A stretch of 64,000 nucleotides of DNA, from the NCBI GenBank assembly GCA_963789955.1, contig CAWBMV010000034.1:512001-576000 (forward strand). The letters run 5' to 3'. This document shows, piece after piece, positions 38,594 to 47,637 of the stretch. The translations under genes and the position numbers were made by a program. Positions within the stretch are counted from its first letter, which is position 1, and each line of letters begins with the position of its first letter. The notes under the pieces are model-generated. The model was not told the origin of the DNA. It did no database searches and saw only the letters and a list, made by a program, of their open reading frames with translations. This DNA is from an uncultured Candidatus Rokubacteria bacterium (GTDB taxonomy: Bacteria; Methylomirabilota; Methylomirabilia; Rokubacteriales; CSP1-6).

Positions 38594-39591
38594 GTGGCCT
38601 ATCGTCTGGCGCTCGCCACCCTGGGCGCCACGTGTGTCCTCATCCTCTTGGGGGGACTGGTCACGAACACGGGCGCCGCGCTGGCGGTGCCCGACTGGCC
38701 GAGCACGTTCGGCTACAACATGGTTCTCTTCCCCTGGTCGAGGATGGTGGGCGGCATCCTCTACGAGCACAGCCATCGGTTGATGGGCGCGCTCGTCGGG
38801 CTGCTCACCCTGGCCCTGGCGGGGGCGCTCTGGCGTGAAGGCGGCCGGCTGCGGCGTCTCGGACTCGTCGCGGTGGCCGCCGTCGTCGCTCAGGGCGTGC
38901 TGGGCGGGCTCCGCGTCGTTCTCCTGCAGGACACGCTCGCGATCTTCCACGGATGCCTCGCCCAGGCGTTCTTCGCGCTGCTGGCGGTGATCGCGCTGCT
39001 GACGGCTCCGGGCGGCCGCGTCGCCGCTTCACCGGTCGAGCCCGCGCTGAAGGGCCTGGCGGTGCTCGCCGCCGTTCTCGTCTACGTGCAGATCGTGTTC
39101 GGCGCGCTCCTGACACACGCCGGACGCATCGACCTGCACCTGGCCGGGGCCGTTCTCGTGTTCGTCCTGGTCCCGATCGTCGCCGCGCAGCTTCGCCGGA
39201 CAGGCGATGCGGTGGCCGCGCCGGTGTCGCGACTCGTCGGCGTTCTGCTCGGCGTTCAGCTCCTGCTCGGCGTCGGCAGCTTCCTGGCGAGGTTCTCGTC
39301 GATCTGGATTCCGGGCGAGCAGCTGACGGTGCACGGCCCTGCCGGTCGCGCACCGGCTGATGGGTAGCCTGATTCTGGCGGCTTGCGTCGTCCTCGCGGT
39401 GAGAGTGAGTGTTGTCGCGGGGTTTGTTGTAGCGGGGGCGGGTCGACCGTGCAGCGAGCCGTCCATGAGGCCGCCGGCCGAAGGGTTGTCCGCCGAAACG
39501 CGAGCCGGCTCGCGTCTCTGCAGGCCACCCTCGGTCGAGCTGGCGCGTCGCGGACCCCGCTACAACCGATGCGATGGGGACCTTGCCATGA
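38594..39591 (+). CDS. ctaA: Heme A synthase, COX15/CtaA family (frameshift near 39330; 3' end uncertain)
   Basis: GGLVTNTGAALAVPDWP, EHSHRL, QGVLGG.RV, HGCLAQ, PVAHRL. Confidence 0.85.
39426..39566. repeat. REP/REPIN-like element between the ctaA core and ctaB
   Basis: Perfect 12-bp terminal inverted repeats GTTGTAGCGGGG / CCCCGCTACAAC and a central 18-bp palindrome ACGCGAGCCGGCTCGCGT (39498-39515). Confidence 0.65.
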
Positions 39592-40514
39592 CTCCACCCA
39601 CGCTCGAAACCGCGCGCGTCGGCGCGGACGCCGTCGTCGTCGGACTGGCGCGCGAACGCCTCCGGGTCGCCGCCGATCTGCTCGCCCTGACGAAGCCGCG
39701 CGTCGTCCTCATGGTGCTGGTGACAACCGTCGTCGGGTACTACGTCGGGCTGACGGGCGCGCCGGACTACGTTCGGCTCGTGCACCTGCTGATCGGCACG
39801 ATGCTGGCGGCCGGCGGCACGCTCGCGCTCAATCAGTACTGGGAGCGCGACGTCGACGCCCGGATGAATCGCACGCGCGTGCGTCCGCTCCCGGACGGTC
39901 GGCTCTCGCCGCTCGAGGCGCTCGTCTTCGCCACCGCCGTCACGGTCGCCGGCCTCGGCTACCTCGGCGCGTTCGTGGGAGGCCTGGCGCTGCTGGTGAC
40001 CGCGGCGACGACCGTGCTGTATCTCTTCGCCTACACGCCGCTCAAGCTCCGGACGCCGCTCTGCACGATCATCGGCGCGGTACCGGGCGCGCTGCCGCCG
40101 GTGACGGGGTGGGTGGCCTCGCGCGAAGGCTTCGGCCTGGGCGCCTGGGTGCTGTTCGGGATCCTGTTCCTGTGGCAGCTGCCGCACACCCTGGCGATCG
40201 CGCGTCTCTACCGCGACGACTACGCGCGCGCGGGTGTCCGTCTGCTGCCGGTGGTCGACGTCGACGGAACCTCGACCGAGCGGCAGATCGTCACCGGCTG
40301 CCTCGCGTTGCTCGCGGTCAGCCTGCTGCCGACCTTGATCGGCCTGGCGGGCCCGTTCTACTTCGTCGGCGCCTTCGTGCTCGGCGCGGCGTTCGTCGCG
40401 CTCGGCGCGCGTCAGGCGCTCGCGCCGTCACAGGGCTCGGCCCGGCGCGTCCTGTATGCGTCGTTGCTCTACCTGCCGATCCTGTTAGCGCTGCTCGCGT
40501 TCGACAAGGTATGA
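39588..40514 (+). CDS. ctaB: Protoheme IX farnesyltransferase (heme O synthase)
   Basis: LTKPRV, NQYWERDVDARMNRTR.RPLP, YTPLK, GALPP, WQLPH, DDYARAG. Confidence 0.95.
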   Translation: MTPPTLETARVGADAVVVGLARERLRVAADLLALTKPRVVLMVLVTTVVGYYVGLTGAPDYVRLVHLLIGTMLAAGGTLALNQYWERDVDARMNRTRVRPLPDGRLSPLEALVFATAVTVAGLGYLGAFVGGLALLVTAATTVLYLFAYTPLKLRTPLCTIIGAVPGALPPVTGWVASREGFGLGAWVLFGILFLWQLPHTLAIARLYRDDYARAGVRLLPVVDVDGTSTERQIVTGCLALLAVSLLPTLIGLAGPFYFVGAFVLGAAFVALGARQALAPSQGSARRVLYASLLYLPILLALLAFDKV

Positions 40515-40610
40515 CCAGCGACGCGCGGAACCGGCAAATCCTGCAAGATCATCCTGACGATCGTCGGGGCGCTCATCGTCTCGTCGTTCCTCGTCGGAAT
40601 TCGCTGGTGA
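40511..40610 (+). CDS. Small single-TM protein (~32 aa, one extra base), absent from the ORF track
   Basis: MTSDARNRQIL(+1)KIILTIVGALIVSSFLVGIRW*; ATGA overlap with ctaB and GTGA overlap with coxC. Confidence 0.55.
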
Positions 40611-41270
40611 CGACGCTCACCGTCGAGCGCCCGCGGCGGGCCAACGGACGCGTTCCGCCGACTCCACCGCCGACCGGCGGGGGCGACGGCTTCGAGCGCG
40701 AGCCGGGACCGCGCCGGCCGCTCCTCGACAACGTCCGGCTGGCGATGCTGTTCCTGATCTGCGGCGGAGGTCATGTTCTTCGGAGGCCTCGTCTCGGCGT
40801 TCCTGGTTCTGCGGGTGAGCGCCGCGCAGTGGCCGCCTCCGTTGCAGCCGCGCCTGCCGGTCGGCGTGACCGGCGTCAACACCTTGGTCCTGCTCGCCTC
40901 GAGCGTCGCCATGGTCGCGGCGATCCGCGCGCTCGAACGGCACGACTCGAGGGCGCTCGTGCGACGCCTGCTGATCGCCGGCGGGCTCGGCGCCGCGTTC
41001 CTGCTCGTGCAGGGCTACGAGTGGATTCGCCTCGTCAGCTACGGGCTCACGATGGCATCGGGCGCCTACGGGACGACCTTCTATACCGTGATCGGAACGC
41101 ACGCGGCGCACGTGGTCGCGGCGGTCGTCTGGGTCGGCGTCACCGTGATGCTCGCCGCCCGCGACCGTTTCCTCGACGGCCGGGCGGGCGCCTTGCGCGC
41201 GTGCGCGATCTACTGGCACTTCGTCGTCGCGCTGTGGCCGATTCTCTACGTGGCGGTGTACGTCGTATGA
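40607..41270 (+). CDS. coxC: Heme-copper oxidase subunit III, short form, copy 1 (frameshift near 40765)
   Basis: LAMLFLI..E.MFFGGL, NTLVLLASS, Q.YEW, FYTVIGTHAAHV, YWHFV. Confidence 0.88.
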
Positions 41271-41494
41271 AGATCATGGCGGTGGCCGGGCTGGCTTCGA
41301 TCGCGACGCCGAGGGCGGCGCTGGCGTGCGCGACGTGCATCAGCTCGCCGTTCGGCGATCAGTCGTACAACTGGCCCTATCTCGGACTCATCCTGTTGCC
41401 GTTCGGTCTGATCGTCGCGATCGTCGGCATCCTCGGATATCACGCCTACTTCGGCGCCAAGGAAGACCCTCGGATCATCAAGGAGACGACATGA
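41267..41494 (+). CDS. Small exported membrane protein with N-terminal CxxC (75 aa)
   Basis: MKIMAVAGLASIATPRAALA-CATC...one TM segment; ATGA overlaps with both neighbours. Confidence 0.65.
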   Translation: MKIMAVAGLASIATPRAALACATCISSPFGDQSYNWPYLGLILLPFGLIVAIVGILGYHAYFGAKEDPRIIKETT

Positions 41495-42108
41495 GTCAGG
41501 CAGCCGCGATACACGGGGCGGTCGAGCCCGCCGAATCGCCGGTCACCCCAGAGAGCTGGGGAAAGCTCGGGATGTGGATCTTCCTGGCGGGCGACGCCGT
41601 CGGTTTCGGGACCTTGCTCGCCGGCTACGGCGCGATGCGGGCGACCAGCGCCGACTGGCCGTCGCCGTACGACGTCCTCGGCATCAACCTGACCGCCCTG
41701 ATGACCTTCCTGCTCATCTGCTCGAGCGTGACGATGGTGAAGGCGCTCGAGTGGCTCGGCAAGGGGGACAAGGGCCGCGCTCAGAATTATCTCTTCTATA
41801 CGGCGCTCGGCGGCGCGATCTTCGTGAGCCTCCAGGCCTACGAGTGGACGCACCTGATCCATCGCGGCCTGCATATCAACGGCAACCCGTGGGGCGCCTC
41901 GCTCTTCGGCACGTCGTTCTTCCTGGTGACGGGCTTCCACGGCTTGCACGTGACCGGCGGCGTCATCTATCTGCTCTCGATCCTGCGAGTCGTCGCGCGG
42001 CGCCCGTCGCCGGCGGCGAGCTACAACGCGGTCGAGATCGCCGGCCTGTACTGGCACTTCGTCGACCTCGTCTGGATCATGGTGTTCACCTTCATGTACC
42101 TCCTGTAG
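41491..42108 (+). CDS. coxC: Heme-copper oxidase subunit III, short form, copy 2
   Basis: GKLGMWIFLAGD, TFLLICSS.TMV, QAYEW, TGFHGLHV, GLYWHFVDLVWI. Confidence 0.92.
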   Translation: MSQAAAIHGAVEPAESPVTPESWGKLGMWIFLAGDAVGFGTLLAGYGAMRATSADWPSPYDVLGINLTALMTFLLICSSVTMVKALEWLGKGDKGRAQNYLFYTALGGAIFVSLQAYEWTHLIHRGLHINGNPWGASLFGTSFFLVTGFHGLHVTGGVIYLLSILRVVARRPSPAASYNAVEIAGLYWHFVDLVWIMVFTFMYLL

Positions 42109-42120
42109 GGGGTCGAAGCG

Positions 42121-42447
42121 ATGGCGAGCGAGCACAAGCATCCGAACTACATGGCGATCTTCTGGTATCTCGCGATCCTCACCGTGGTCGAGATCGCGGT
42201 GATCTACCTGCCGCTGGGGAAATTCACGATCGGCGTGCTGCTGTGCGCCCTGGCTCTCACCAAGGCGACGATGGTCGCGATGTATTTCATGCACCTCAAG
42301 TTCGAGACGCGGACTCTCGGCCTGGTCGCCATCACGCCGCTCGCGATCGCCACCTTGCTGATCTTCGTGCTGCTGCCGGACGGATTCGCCGTCATGAAGC
42401 GGACGGCCGACGTCAAGGCGGCCACGACCGAGCCCGCGAAGCACTGA
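42121..42447 (+). CDS. coxD: Cytochrome c oxidase subunit IV (prokaryotic COX4 family)
   Basis: Y..IF..LAILT.VE, KATMVAMYFMHLKFE. Confidence 0.88.
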   Translation: MASEHKHPNYMAIFWYLAILTVVEIAVIYLPLGKFTIGVLLCALALTKATMVAMYFMHLKFETRTLGLVAITPLAIATLLIFVLLPDGFAVMKRTADVKAATTEPAKH

Positions 42448-42478
42448 GTGCGCGGCCCAGACGCCGGCAGCGGGAGCG

Positions 42479-42847
42479 ATGGAATCGCAGCGACTGGCCG
42501 ACCGCGTCACGCGGGCCCTGGGCCGGGCGATCCGCTTGCGCTGTCCGCGCTGCGGGGCGACGCCGCTCTTCCGCGGCTGGTTCCGGATGGCGGAGTCGTG
42601 CGCGCTGTGCGGACTCCGGTTCGAGCGGGCGCAGGGCTACTTCGTCGGCGCGATCTACATCAACTACGCGGTGACGACGCTCATCGCGGTCGGCGGGTTC
42701 TTCCTGCTGTGGGGCCAGTTCGGGCTCTCCACGCAGGCTCAGCTCCTCGTGCTGGTGCCGATCGTGGTCGTGTTCCCGCTGTGGTTCTTCCGCTACAGCC
42801 GGAGCTTCTGGCTCGCGCTGGAGTGGTCGCTCAACAGCGAGCCCTGA
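42479..42847 (+). CDS. DUF983-family membrane protein
   Basis: RCPRCG..PLF, C..CGL.FER..GYF, two TM segments. Confidence 0.85.
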   Translation: MESQRLADRVTRALGRAIRLRCPRCGATPLFRGWFRMAESCALCGLRFERAQGYFVGAIYINYAVTTLIAVGGFFLLWGQFGLSTQAQLLVLVPIVVVFPLWFFRYSRSFWLALEWSLNSEP

Positions 42848-43591
42848 CCGCCGCCGCGGCCTTCGGCCTCATGATCCTGGTCGCGACGCCGGCCGGCGCC
42901 TACGAGGTCGCCGCCGTCCAGGACGGCGGCACGATCACCGGCACCGTGAAGTTCGTCGGCGCGCTGCCGAAGCTCGACCCGATCCCCGTCAGCAAGAACC
43001 GCGACGTGTGCGGCGAGCGCAAGGCGTCGGAGGCGCTCGTGCTGTCCGCCGAGAGGGGTGTCAAGGGCGGCGTCGTGCTGATCGCGGGCGTGGCGCGCGG
43101 CAAGAAGCGCGGCCGGCGACGTGGTGCTGGACAACAGCCAGTGCGTCTTCGTGAGCCACGTGACGGCGGCCGCGCTGACGGAGCGGGTGTCGATCCGGAA
43201 CTCCGACCCGATTCTCCACAACACCCACGGCTTTCGCGGCACGCCGACCGCGTTCAACGTCGCGCTGCCGACGAAGGGTCAGATGATCGAGGTCACGAAG
43301 TATCTCAAGAGCCCGGGCGTGATCCGCGTGCTGTGCGACGCGCATCCGCACATGTTCGCGTGGCTGATCGTGCACGACAGCCCGTACTTCGCCGTCACCG
43401 ACGACCAGGGCACGTTCAGCATCGGCGACGTCCCGCCGGGGACCTACAAGGTCACGATGTGGCACGCCGGCTTCCGGCCCAGGGGCGCCGACAAGGACGG
43501 CCGGCGGACCTATGACGAGCCGCGGACCGTGACGCGCGAGATCACGGTCGCGCCGAAGGCGACCGCGACGGTCGACTTCGAGCTGAAGTAG
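42823..43591 (+). CDS. Secreted cupredoxin / carboxypeptidase-regulatory-like domain protein, paralog 2 (frameshift near 43110; start approximate)
   Basis: GGTITGTV, VCG, DNSQCVFVSHV, NSDPILHNTH, CDAHPHM, DVPPGTYKVTMWH. Confidence 0.72.
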
Positions 43592-43684
43592 CAGGCATTC
43601 GGTGGTGCGCGCGGCGAGTCGTCGCGGGGCGGGGGCCCGCCGGCCGACGCGCGCGTATAGCGCGTATAGATAGAGGGGGACTTC

Positions 43685-45592
43685 ATGTTCAAGCACATCT
43701 GCGTACCGGTGGACAACTCGGACTGCTCGAACCGCGCGATCGACCTGGCGGTCGAGCTCGGCCGATCGTTCGGCGCCCGACTCACGGGCGTGCACGTGTA
43801 CGCGGCGCGGCTGCACGACTACCGGTTCAAGCAGATGGAGTACACGCTGCCCGAGGAGTACAAGGACGAGAACGAGCTCGAGCGCCAGCGCAAGATCCAC
43901 GACTCGCTCATCGCGATGGGCCTGCAGCTCATCTCGGAGTCGTATCTGGACGTGATGGCGAAGAAGGCCGTCGAGGCCGGGCTCGACTTCGAGCCCAAGA
44001 TGATCGACGGCAAGCACTACAAGGTCCTGATCGAGGACACGCTCGCCTCCGACTACGATCTGGTCGTCATGGGTGCCCTCGGCATGGGCGCGGTGAAGGA
44101 CAGCCAGATCGGCTCGGTCACCGAGCGCTTCGTCCGCCGGGTGAGCCGCGACACGTTAATTGTCCGGAACGCCGATGCGCTGAAGGATCGGGAGGGCGCG
44201 ATCGTCGTCTGCCTCGACGGCTCGCCGCAGTCGTTCAACGGCCTGAAGCTCGGCATCGCGCTCGCGGCGGCGCTCCACCGGCCGCTGCAGGCCGTCGCCG
44301 TCTACGACCCGTACCTGCACTACGCGATGTTCAACGGCATCGTCGGTGTGCTGAACGAGAAGGCGTCGAAGATCTTCCGCTTCAAGGAGCAGGAGCAGCT
44401 GCACGAGGAGATCATCGACACCGGGCTCGCCAAGATCTACCAGTCGCACCTCGAGATCGGCCGCAAGCTCGCCGCCGACGCGGGGGTCGAGCTGGCCATC
44501 ACCTTGCTCGACGGCAAGTGCTTCGAGAAGATCCTGACGTTCGCCCGCAAGGAGCAGCCGTGGCTGCTCATCCTCGGACGGGTCGGGGTGCACTCGGACG
44601 AGCACGAGACCGATCTCGGCTCCAACACCGAGAACATCATGCGGCTGGCGCCGTGCAACGTGCTCCTGACCGGCGGCAAGTTCTACCCGCCGCTCGACGT
44701 GAAGGCCGAGGAGATCATCTCGTGGACCGAGGAGGCGGAGGCGCGGATGGAGCGGGTGCCGCCCCAGGTCAAGGGTGTCGCCCGGACCGCGCTCCTGCGC
44801 TACGCGATCGAGCAGGGGCACACCGTCATCACCAACAAGGTGATCGACGAGGCGATGGCGATCTTCATGCCGACGCGGATGGCCGAGCGGATGCAGATCC
44901 TGGCCGAGGACGTCGCGGTGGCCAAGCTGCGCACCGAGTCCCAGCCGGCGACGGCGATCTGCTCGATCTGCGGCTACACGGTCAAGGGACCGAACCCGGT
45001 CGTCACGTGTCCGGTCTGCAAGGCCGCCCCCGACAAGTTCCAGATCATCTCGAAGGAAGCGGTGGAAGCGATCGCGACTCAGGAAGGCGGCGTCGAGTCC
45101 GAGGAGTCGATGCCGGGCGTGCAGGTGAAGTGGTCGGCCGAGGCGCGCGACGCGCTGCGCGAGGTCACCGACGCCTATCTGCGGCGCCGCGCGAAGGCGC
45201 GGGTCGAGAAGTACGCCCGCTCGCGGAAGATCCCGGTCATCACCTGCCAGCTCGCGTTGCCGATGATCGAGGAAACGGTCGGCCGTGAGAAGCTCGGCGC
45301 CGGCTGGGACACGTTGCTCGCCAGGACGAAGTTCGAGCCGGCCGACATGCCCGCGGTCCCGTCGAGCGAGGCCGGCACCGGCTTCGGCTGGACCGAGGAC
45401 GCGACCGCGCGGCTCAATCGCGTGCCGGCCGGATTCATGCGCGACATGACGCGCGAGGAAGTGGAGCGTGTGGCGTCCTCCAAGGGCGTGACCGTCATCG
45501 ATCTCGCCGTCTGCGAGGAGGGGATCGGGCACGCTCGCGAGACCATGAACGAGGTGATCGCCGGGTACGTATCGAATAAGAAACCGCGATAA
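43685..45592 (+). CDS. Multidomain protein: two universal-stress domains, a rubredoxin-like finger and three PCP_red-like domains
   Basis: MFKHICVPVDNS...DLVVMGALG..IGSVTE; IVVCLDGS...GRVG..LGSNTE; CSICG-x8-CPVC; three W-x-x-[ED]-A..R/E-V repeats. Confidence 0.8.
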   Translation: MFKHICVPVDNSDCSNRAIDLAVELGRSFGARLTGVHVYAARLHDYRFKQMEYTLPEEYKDENELERQRKIHDSLIAMGLQLISESYLDVMAKKAVEAGLDFEPKMIDGKHYKVLIEDTLASDYDLVVMGALGMGAVKDSQIGSVTERFVRRVSRDTLIVRNADALKDREGAIVVCLDGSPQSFNGLKLGIALAAALHRPLQAVAVYDPYLHYAMFNGIVGVLNEKASKIFRFKEQEQLHEEIIDTGLAKIYQSHLEIGRKLAADAGVELAITLLDGKCFEKILTFARKEQPWLLILGRVGVHSDEHETDLGSNTENIMRLAPCNVLLTGGKFYPPLDVKAEEIISWTEEAEARMERVPPQVKGVARTALLRYAIEQGHTVITNKVIDEAMAIFMPTRMAERMQILAEDVAVAKLRTESQPATAICSICGYTVKGPNPVVTCPVCKAAPDKFQIISKEAVEAIATQEGGVESEESMPGVQVKWSAEARDALREVTDAYLRRRAKARVEKYARSRKIPVITCQLALPMIEETVGREKLGAGWDTLLARTKFEPADMPAVPSSEAGTGFGWTEDATARLNRVPAGFMRDMTREEVERVASSKGVTVIDLAVCEEGIGHARETMNEVIAGYVSNKKPR

Positions 45593-45728
45593 GCGCGGGC
45601 GAGGGGGTGGGGTGCCTCCCCGGCGCCGACTGCTTACCTTCGGGTGCGGTTGGTCTCCATGTTCCGCGTGACTGCGACCGCTGCCTACACGGCGCCGGGG
45701 AGGCACCCCCACCCCCTCGCCCGCGCTT
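45591..45728. mobile_element. MITE/REPIN-like element with 38-39 bp terminal inverted repeats
   Basis: 45591-45628 is the reverse complement of 45690-45728 except for one G in a homopolymer; 61-nt core; intergenic. Confidence 0.65.
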
Positions 45729-45778
45729 CCATGGATCCCGCGCGCTGCGCCCGCGTCTTCGACCACGGGTCGCGCCGT

Positions 45779-47212
45779 ATGACCGATACCTCGATCTCCG
45801 CGCGCCACGCGGAGCCCGCCTTGCCTGCGAACGTGGCTCGGCGGCGGCCGTATACGGCGTATTCCGTGTCGTGGAATTTGACGCAGCGGTGCAATCTCGA
45901 GTGCGCGCATTGTTATATGTCGGCGTTCGCGGGGGCCGATACGCGCGGCGAGCTTTCGACCGACGAGTGCCGGCGGGTGATGGACGAGATCGCGCTCGTC
46001 AATCCCAATGTCTTCCTGATTCTGACCGGGGGAGAGCCGCTGCTTCGAAAGGACATCTGGGAGATCGCGGGCTATGCCGCGGAGAAGCGATTCACGACGG
46101 TGCTCGGGACGAACGGCGTGCTCCTGCGCGAGCGCGAGGCGAAGGCGATGCGGACGCACGGCGTCCTCGGCGCCTCGATCAGCCTCGACTCGACCGACCG
46201 CGCCAAGCACGACGCGTTTCGGCACCTTCCGGGCTCCTGGGACGGCGCGGTGCGCGCCACGCGTGTCCTGACCGACGCCGGACTCGATTTCTCGCTCCAC
46301 ATGTCGGTGACCGACTGGAACGTGGGTGAGGTGCCCGCGATGATCGATCTGGCGCGGCAGCTCGGCGCCAAGGTGCTGAACTTCTTCTTCCTGGTCAGGA
46401 CGGGACGCGGCCAGAACCTCACCGACATCGACCCGGCGGCCTACGAGCGCATCCTGAACTATCTCGCCCGGGTTCAGGGTGTCGGCGGCGGACCGCCGTC
46501 GTTCGTGCGGTCATTGCTCGGAATGGGCGAGCGACGCCCGGCGGGCGGCTCGCAGGGGTTCGAGGATCCCTGGTCGACACCGGTCGGGCGGAGCGACGGA
46601 CTCCTGATCCGCGCGAAGTGCGCGCCGCACTTTCGCCGGGTCCTCTACGAGCTGAATCCGTCGTCGCCGCTGCTCCGCAACTACGCGCACGGCTCGTGTC
46701 CGGCCGGCAAGTACTACTGTCGCATCACGCCCGAGGGCGACGTGACGCCGTGCCCGTACATGCCGGTCACCGCCGGCAACCTGCGCCAGCACTCCTTCGC
46801 CGACCTCTGGCGCGGCGCGCCGGTGTTCGCCGACCTGCGCGATCCGAAGCTCGGCGGACGATGCGGCGCCTGCGAGTTCTCGAAGATCTGCGGGGGATGC
46901 CGCTGCCGCGCTTACGCGACGCACGGCGACTACCTCGCCGAGGATCCGGCGTGCGGCTACCAGCCGGGCGGGCACGGCGGCGCCTTGATCGATCTGCCGG
47001 CCTCGCTCACGTTCGGGCTGCCGATCGACTACCAGCTCGTGTGGGACGAGGACGCGCGCGCGCGCCTGCAGGCCATTCCGTCGTTCGCGCGGGGGATGGT
47101 CATCAAGGCGGTCGAAGCCTACGCGCGCGGGCGGGGCGACACGACGATCACGAAGGAGCTGCTCGCGGACGTGCGCTCGAAGTGGGGCTCGCGCTTCCGC
47201 GCCTCGTCCTGA
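45779..47212 (+). CDS. Radical SAM/SPASM enzyme (NirJ/AhbC/AhbD-like) with C-terminal PCP_red-like domain
   Basis: SWNLTQRCNLECAHCY, LTGGEPLLR, HDAFR, KCAPHF, CPAG..YCRITPEGDVTPCPY, CGACEF..ICGGCRCRAY, EDP.C. Confidence 0.85.
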   Translation: MTDTSISARHAEPALPANVARRRPYTAYSVSWNLTQRCNLECAHCYMSAFAGADTRGELSTDECRRVMDEIALVNPNVFLILTGGEPLLRKDIWEIAGYAAEKRFTTVLGTNGVLLREREAKAMRTHGVLGASISLDSTDRAKHDAFRHLPGSWDGAVRATRVLTDAGLDFSLHMSVTDWNVGEVPAMIDLARQLGAKVLNFFFLVRTGRGQNLTDIDPAAYERILNYLARVQGVGGGPPSFVRSLLGMGERRPAGGSQGFEDPWSTPVGRSDGLLIRAKCAPHFRRVLYELNPSSPLLRNYAHGSCPAGKYYCRITPEGDVTPCPYMPVTAGNLRQHSFADLWRGAPVFADLRDPKLGGRCGACEFSKICGGCRCRAYATHGDYLAEDPACGYQPGGHGGALIDLPASLTFGLPIDYQLVWDEDARARLQAIPSFARGMVIKAVEAYARGRGDTTITKELLADVRSKWGSRFRASS

Positions 47213-47637
47213 TGGATCGGTTCCGCCTCGCGTCCCGCGCGTATCTGGTCTATGGCGTGGTCTACTGGATCGGCGGGCTCTATCTCGCCACGCAGGGCGT
47301 GGGCGTCCGCGGCGGACGCATGATGCAGGCGGGTGTCGCGTGGATCGTCATCGGACTGGTGCTGGTGGCGGCGATCCCGTATCTGCTCGCTCGGCGTCGA
47401 GCGTGGTTCGAGCGCTGGATCCTCTCGCGCCGCGACTTCGCGCGCGTGCTGACGGCGTTCATGGCCTTTCGGGCCTGGCACGTGCTGAGGGTGGCGCTCC
47501 GCCCGGAGACCGCGAGTATCGCGGCGCCCTGGGGCGGCGAGATCACCTTCCGTGCCGGCGCGATCGTCTTCCTGATCGTCACCGTGACCGCGCTGCTCCT
47601 GATCGGACGCGCGGCCTGGGCGAAGGAGGCTCCGTGA
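47212..47637 (+). CDS. Hypothetical 4-TM membrane protein
   Basis: C-terminal part of ORF 46618..47637 from MDRFRLASRAYL; TGATG and GTGA overlaps with neighbours. Confidence 0.7.
   Translation: MDRFRLASRAYLVYGVVYWIGGLYLATQGVGVRGGRMMQAGVAWIVIGLVLVAAIPYLLARRRAWFERWILSRRDFARVLTAFMAFRAWHVLRVALRPETASIAAPWGGEITFRAGAIVFLIVTVTALLLIGRAAWAKEAP

Noticed and set aside
38594..40514. CtaA-CtaB fusion
   Set aside because: The frame is open, but the linker is a repeat element and ctaB begins at an ATGA overlap typical of separate coupled genes. It cannot be resolved without reads.
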